In this document: one piece after another, positions 59,112 through 64,000 of the stretch
How positions within the stretch are numbered: position 1 is the first letter of the stretch
Layout of the letters: each line of letters opens with the position of its first letter
Assembly: GCA_030390025.1 (NCBI GenBank)
Contig: CM059452.1
Coordinates: forward strand, 7,750,001-7,814,000
From: Squalus acanthias
Taxonomy: Eukaryota
Reading direction: 5' to 3'
DNA: 64,000 nt
Notes under the pieces: generated by a model
What the model saw: only the letters and a program-made list of their open reading frames with translations
Databases searched by the model: none
Told to the model about the DNA's origin: nothing
Position numbers and translations under genes: made by a program

Positions 59112-60319
59112 TAAAGGGGAACCAGTGGATGTAGTATATTTGGATTTCCAAAATGCATTCGATAAGGTACAACATAAAAGGTTATTACACAAGATTAGGG
59201 CTCATGGGATTGGGGTTAATATAGTAGCATGGATAGAGGATTGGTTAACGGACAGAAAACAGAGAGTAGGGATAAACGGATTTTTTTCAGTTTGGCAGAC
59301 TGTAACTAGTGGGGTGCCGCAATGATCAGTGTTGGGGCCTCAGCTATTTACAATCTATATTAATGACCTAGATGAAGGGACCGAGTGTAATCTTTCCAAA
59401 TTTGCTGACGATACAAAGCTAGGTGGGACTGTAAGCTGTGAGGAGAACACAAAGAGTCTGCAAAGGGATATAGATAGACTAAGCGAGTGGGCAGTAAGGT
59501 GGCAGATGGAGTATAATGTAGGGAAATGTGAGGTTATTCACTTTGGTAGGAAGAATAGAAAAACAGAATATTTTTAAATGGTGAGAAACTTTCAAATGTC
59601 GGTGTTCAGAGAGATTTGGGTGTCCTAGTGCAAGAAGCTAGCATGAAGGTACAGCAAGAAATAAGGAAGGCAAATGGCTTGTTGGCTTTATTGCAAGGGG
59701 GTTGGAGTATAAGAGTAAGGAAGTCTTGCGACAATTGTACAGGGCATTGGTGAGACCACACCTGGAGTACTGTGCACAGTTTTGGTCTGCTTTCTAAGGA
59801 TGGATGTACTTGCCTTGGAGGTGGTGCAACGGAGGTTCACTGGATTCATTCCTGGAATGAGAGGGCTGTCCTATGATGAGAGATTGTATAGAATGGGCCT
59901 ATATTCCCTGGAGTTTAGAAGAATGAGAGGTGATCTCATTGAAACATACAATATTCTGAAGGGGATTGACAGGGTAGATGCTGAGAGGTTGTTTCCCCTG
60001 GCTGGAGTATCTAGAACTAGGGGGCATAGTCTCAGGATACGGGGTAGGCCATTTAAGACCGAGATGAAAGGGAATTTCTTCACTCAGAGGGTTGTGAATC
60101 TTTGGAATTCTCTGCCCCAGAGGGCTGTGAATGCTGAATCTTTGAGTAAATTCAAGGCTGAGATAGATAGATTTTTGGACTCTAGGGGAATCAAGGGATA
60201 TGGAGATCGGGCGGGAAAGTAGAGCTGAGGTCGATGATCAGCCATGATCTTATTGAATAGCGGAGCAGGCTCGAGGGGCCGTATGGCCTCCTCCTGCTCC
60301 TATTTCTTATGTTCTTATG
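59112..60319 (+). mobile_element. 5'-truncated CR1 LINE inserted just downstream of a V RSS
   Basis: DKGEPVDVVYLDF..SGVPQ..KFADDTKL..; TTCTTATG tail. The empty site is visible in the paralogue at 45601-45620. Confidence 0.92.
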
Positions 60320-60384
60320 AGCACTAACTGGAAGTCTCAGTGTAGGTTTTTGTACGGGATCCGCTATATCTCTGCAGCAGAGTG

Positions 60385-61646
60385 TGGCTCATGGCACAGA
60401 AATACACGGCGGTGTCGGAGATCAGGGTGTTGCTGATCGTTTGCTCGGTAATCTTGATAGTTGTATTAAACGTAGAAGAGAATCGGTCACTGAAGTCGGG
60501 GTTCCGGTTTACTCTCAATACAATAACATAAAACACGTACTGTGGAGGCTGCCTGGGGTGCTGACTGCACCAGTACATATAAGGGTTAGGGCAGCTTGTT
60601 TTCAAGGTACAGGTTAGAGTGACATTACTTTCCTTTTCAACTGTCATTTCAGGAACCGGCTGTATTACTGTGTCTTGGTGGCTCCATTCTAAAATAAAAT
60701 AAAAGTAATAGTCATCATCTTATCACCATCATCTCAATAAACATAGGCCCAGAAATTCGTCCGAATACGGGAGAGTACGCACTGTGTACTCAGCCATATT
60801 CGGTCCCGAAGTGCCGGTTTCCTGCATGCACTGCGCATGCGCGGGAAACCGGCACTTCCGATATTGCGAACGGGGCGATTCCTAAGTGAACCGCGTGCGC
60901 ACTACAGGTTGCGCGCACGCAGCACACTTAGTTTTTTTTTCAGGTTTGAACGCGCAGGTAAGTTTTGAAGATTTTGCACATGAAGAAAGCAGGCGTAAGA
61001 CCCCCTTTTAACAAGGTAAGTAGTTAATTAAGTATTATTTAATTTTTTTTCAACAGGTTTATCTTTTTTAGAGACTTTAAAGAAAGGTAAGTATATATTT
61101 ATAACTTTTAAAAAGAATTAAATTTTTTCAAAAATTTTAATTTTTGTTTAAAGTGGTTAATTTATTTAACTATAGTTATTTTATTAATTTAATGGCTTTT
61201 TTAATTTAATTGAGGTTTAGCTGTTCTTTTGGGGGCCTGTTGTATTCATAGTTTTGACAGCTCTTCCTGTCAAAACTATGAATGAAAGATGGTGTGCTGC
61301 CATTGGCTCTAACTGGCCCACGTGATCCCAGAGGTCGCATCGAACTAACTGCAACTCTGGGACACACACACACTGCGCGCCGGCACCATGTAGAGGCCCA
61401 GGACCAGAAGTTTGTGTGGGCCAAAACCATAAAGGCAGGCGCAGAGTGCGATATCGCGGGGGATCCTTACCCCCGCGGCAACCATCGAAGTCCAATTTCT
61501 GGGCCACTATCTTCATCATCATCATCATTTCATCAATAATAACATCTGGGTTACAGCAGTCAGAGGGAGAATGGATTTTTACTGTGGAGGAAATACTTAC
61601 TGAGAAGTGATATAATGATGAGGAGCGGTGCGAGACGGTTCCACAT
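60385..61646 (-). CDS. TCR V segment, family B (leader 61601-61646, V exon 60385-60688); open frame with atypical residues
   Basis: MWNRLAPLLIIISLL|KWSHQDTVIQP..TLTCTLKTSCPNPYMYWCSQ..DTAVYFCAMS. RSS: CACTCTG 60378-60384, 24 bp, ACAAAAACC 60345-60353. A MITE sits in the leader intron. Confidence 0.82.
60746..61505. mobile_element. Non-autonomous TIR element (MITE-like), copy 2, in a V leader intron
   Basis: Perfect 12-bp TIRs GGCCCAGAAATT/AATTTCTGGGCC; absent from the paralogous intron at 45979-46108. Confidence 0.8.
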
Positions 61647-62029
61647 GATGCTCCCTGAGTCTGTAACTCTGTAGTCCGGGAAATCCTCTGTCGCAGCAGA
61701 AATACAGATCCCCTTCCCACTGCACTGCTGCTCCAACCAGTGCCAAACAGGCAACAGCGGCAGCAATCTCTCCAATAACAAAGTGCAGACAAGGCGGGTC
61801 AGAGTGAGAGCAGCAAACGGAAGCAGTGGGCGAGACTGCCGCGGGCAGTGTTATCACACGTTAGGTCCACCTGTGAGGAACTGAACTCAATAATAATGTC
61901 TTCTTCGGAAATTATATAACTCTGCCTCTCTATGAGGGCTGTGTCCCTTTCACATTCGTTACAAATTCGGAGCAAACAGACTCGCGATAGGAATTGCAGA
62001 TTATTATATTGTTCAATAGTTAACGAAGT

Positions 62030-62985
62030 CTTCAACAGTGAAGTGGGTGTACCGGGCACAATTTCATAATTTGCAAATGACACAAAACTTGGAAGTATAG
62101 TAAACAGTGAGGAGGATTATGATAGACTTCAGTAAGGCATAGACAGACTGGTGAAATGGGCGGACACGTGGCAGATGAAATTTAATGCAGAAATTGCGAA
62201 GTGATACATTTTCGTAGGAAGTACGAGGAGAGGCAATATAAATAAAAGTATACAATCCTAAAGTGGGTGCATGAATAGAGAGACCTGGGGGTATGTATGC
62301 ACAAATCATTGAAGGTGACAGGGCAGGTTGAGAAAGCGGTTAAAAAAGCATACGGGATCCTGGGCTTTATAAATAGAGGCATAGAGTCCAAAAGCAAGGA
62401 AGTTATGATGAACCTTTATATAACACTGTTTCGGCCTCAACTGGAGCATTGTGTCCGATTCTGGGCACCGCACATTAGAAATGATGTTAAGGCCTTAGAG
62501 ATGGTGCAGAAAAGATTTACGAGAATGATTCCAGGGATGAGGGACTTCAGTTACGTGGATAGACTGGAGAAGCTGGGGTTGTTCTCCTTAGAGCACAGAA
62601 GAGTGAGAGGAGATTTTATAGAGGCGTTCAAAATCATGAGGGGTCTCGAGAGAGTAGATAGAGAGAAACTGTTCCCATTGGTGGAAGGGTCGAGAACCAG
62701 AGGTCACAGATTTATGGTGTTTGGCAAAAGAACCAAAGGCGACATGAGGAAAAACTTTTTTACGCAGCGAGTGGTTAGGATCTGGAATGCACTGCCTGAA
62801 AGGGTGGTGGAGGCAGATTCAATCGTGGCTTTCAAAAGGGAATTGGATAAGTACCTGAAGGAAAGAATTGCAGGGCTACGGGGAAAGGGCGGGGGAGTGG
62901 GACTAGCTGAATTGCTCTTGCAGAGAACCGGCACGGGCTCGACGGCCGAATGACCTCCTTCTGTGCTGTAACCATTCCATGAATC
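62030..62985 (+). mobile_element. CR1 LINE 3' fragment
   Basis: ORF 62297-62953 is an RT C-terminus. Confidence 0.9.
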
Positions 62986-63112
62986 TATGAACCGGAGGCT
63001 GAAACTAGCCTTGGGAATTAGAACAAAATGGCAACTGGTCCAAAGGTTCTGGAAAGGCACATCTCGTTTCCACTTAACTAAATTCCGAAATTATGAAACT
63101 GTAAATGAATGT

Positions 63113-64000
63113 CATAGAAACATAGAAACATAGAAATTAGGAGCAGGAGTAGGCCATTCGGCCCCTCGAGCCTGCTAGGCCATTTAATGAGATCATGGCT
63201 GATCATCCAAATTCAGTACCCTGTCCCTGCTTTCTCCCCATATCCCTTGATCCCTTTAGCCTTAAGATATATATGTAACTCCTTCTTGAATATATTTAAT
63301 GCATTGGCCTCAACTGCCTTCTGTGGTAGAGAATTCCACAGGTTCACCACTCTCTGGGTGAAGAAATTCCTCCTCATCTCAGTCCTAAATGGCTTACCCC
63401 TTATCCTTAGACTGTGACCCCTGGTTCTGGACTCCCCCGCCATCGGGAACATCCTTCCTGCATCTAGCCTGTCTAGTCCTGTTAGAATTTTATAAGTTTC
63501 AATGAGATCCCCTCTCATTCTTCTAAACTCGAGCGAATACAAGGCCAATCGTCCCAATCTCTCTTCATACGTCATTCCTGCCATCCCAGGTGTCAGTCTG
63601 GTGAATCTTCGCTGCACTCCCTCCATGGCAAGAACATCCTTCCTCAGATAAGGCGACCAAAACTGCACACAATACTCAAGGTGTGGTCTCACCAAGGCCC
63701 TGTACAACTGCAGCAAGACATCCTTGCTCCTGTACGCGAATCCTCTCGCTATGAAGGCCAACATACCATTTGCCTTCTTAACCGCCTGCTGCACCTGCAT
63801 GCTTACCTTCAACGACTGGTGCACAAGGACTCCCAGGTCTCGTTGTACTTCCCCTTTTGCCAATCTATTGCCGTTCAGATAATAATCTGCCTTTCTGTTT
63901 TTGCCACCAAAGTGGATAACCTCGCATTATACTGCATCTGCCACGCATCTGCCCAATCACCCAACTTGTCCAAATCATACTGGAGTTTCTCTGCATCCTC
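63113..64000 (-). mobile_element. CR1 LINE 3' portion (runs off the window)
   Basis: ORF 63213-63863 LVRPHLEYCVQFWSP..; TTTCTATG tail repeats at 63113-63136. Confidence 0.92.

Noticed and set aside
39351-61646. NAR-TCR V or Ig-like (TAILV) segments; TCR D, J or C exons
   Set aside because: All V segments here have TCR alpha/delta-type frameworks with their own leaders. I saw no FGXG J segments, D segments or TCR C exons, so alpha versus delta cannot be assigned from this window.

Overview
Eukaryotic DNA from a cartilaginous fish (shark-type repeats and antigen-receptor genes). The window is part of a T-cell receptor alpha/delta variable-gene array: 11 TCR V segments plus one orphan leader, in both orientations, with 23-bp-type RSSs. 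Embedded in it on the minus strand (about 4.6-27.2 kb) is a complete, apparently intact IgM heavy-chain cluster: leader, a VH already fused in the germline to D sequence and ending in a 12-RSS, one unjoined JH with a 23-RSS, Cmu1-Cmu4 with secretory tail, TM1 and TM2. I traced the splice sites and reading frames by eye and found no disabling lesion. Other notable features are many CTCF-like motifs among the V genes (some next to RSSs), a promoter/leader-swapped chimeric TCR V, and a TCR V whose signal peptide is in the V exon behind a non-coding first exon. The rest is LINEs (CR1, RTE, Penelope), SINEs, a MITE family, minisatellites and a 197-N assembly gap. All calls were made by eye; no alignments or database searches were run.
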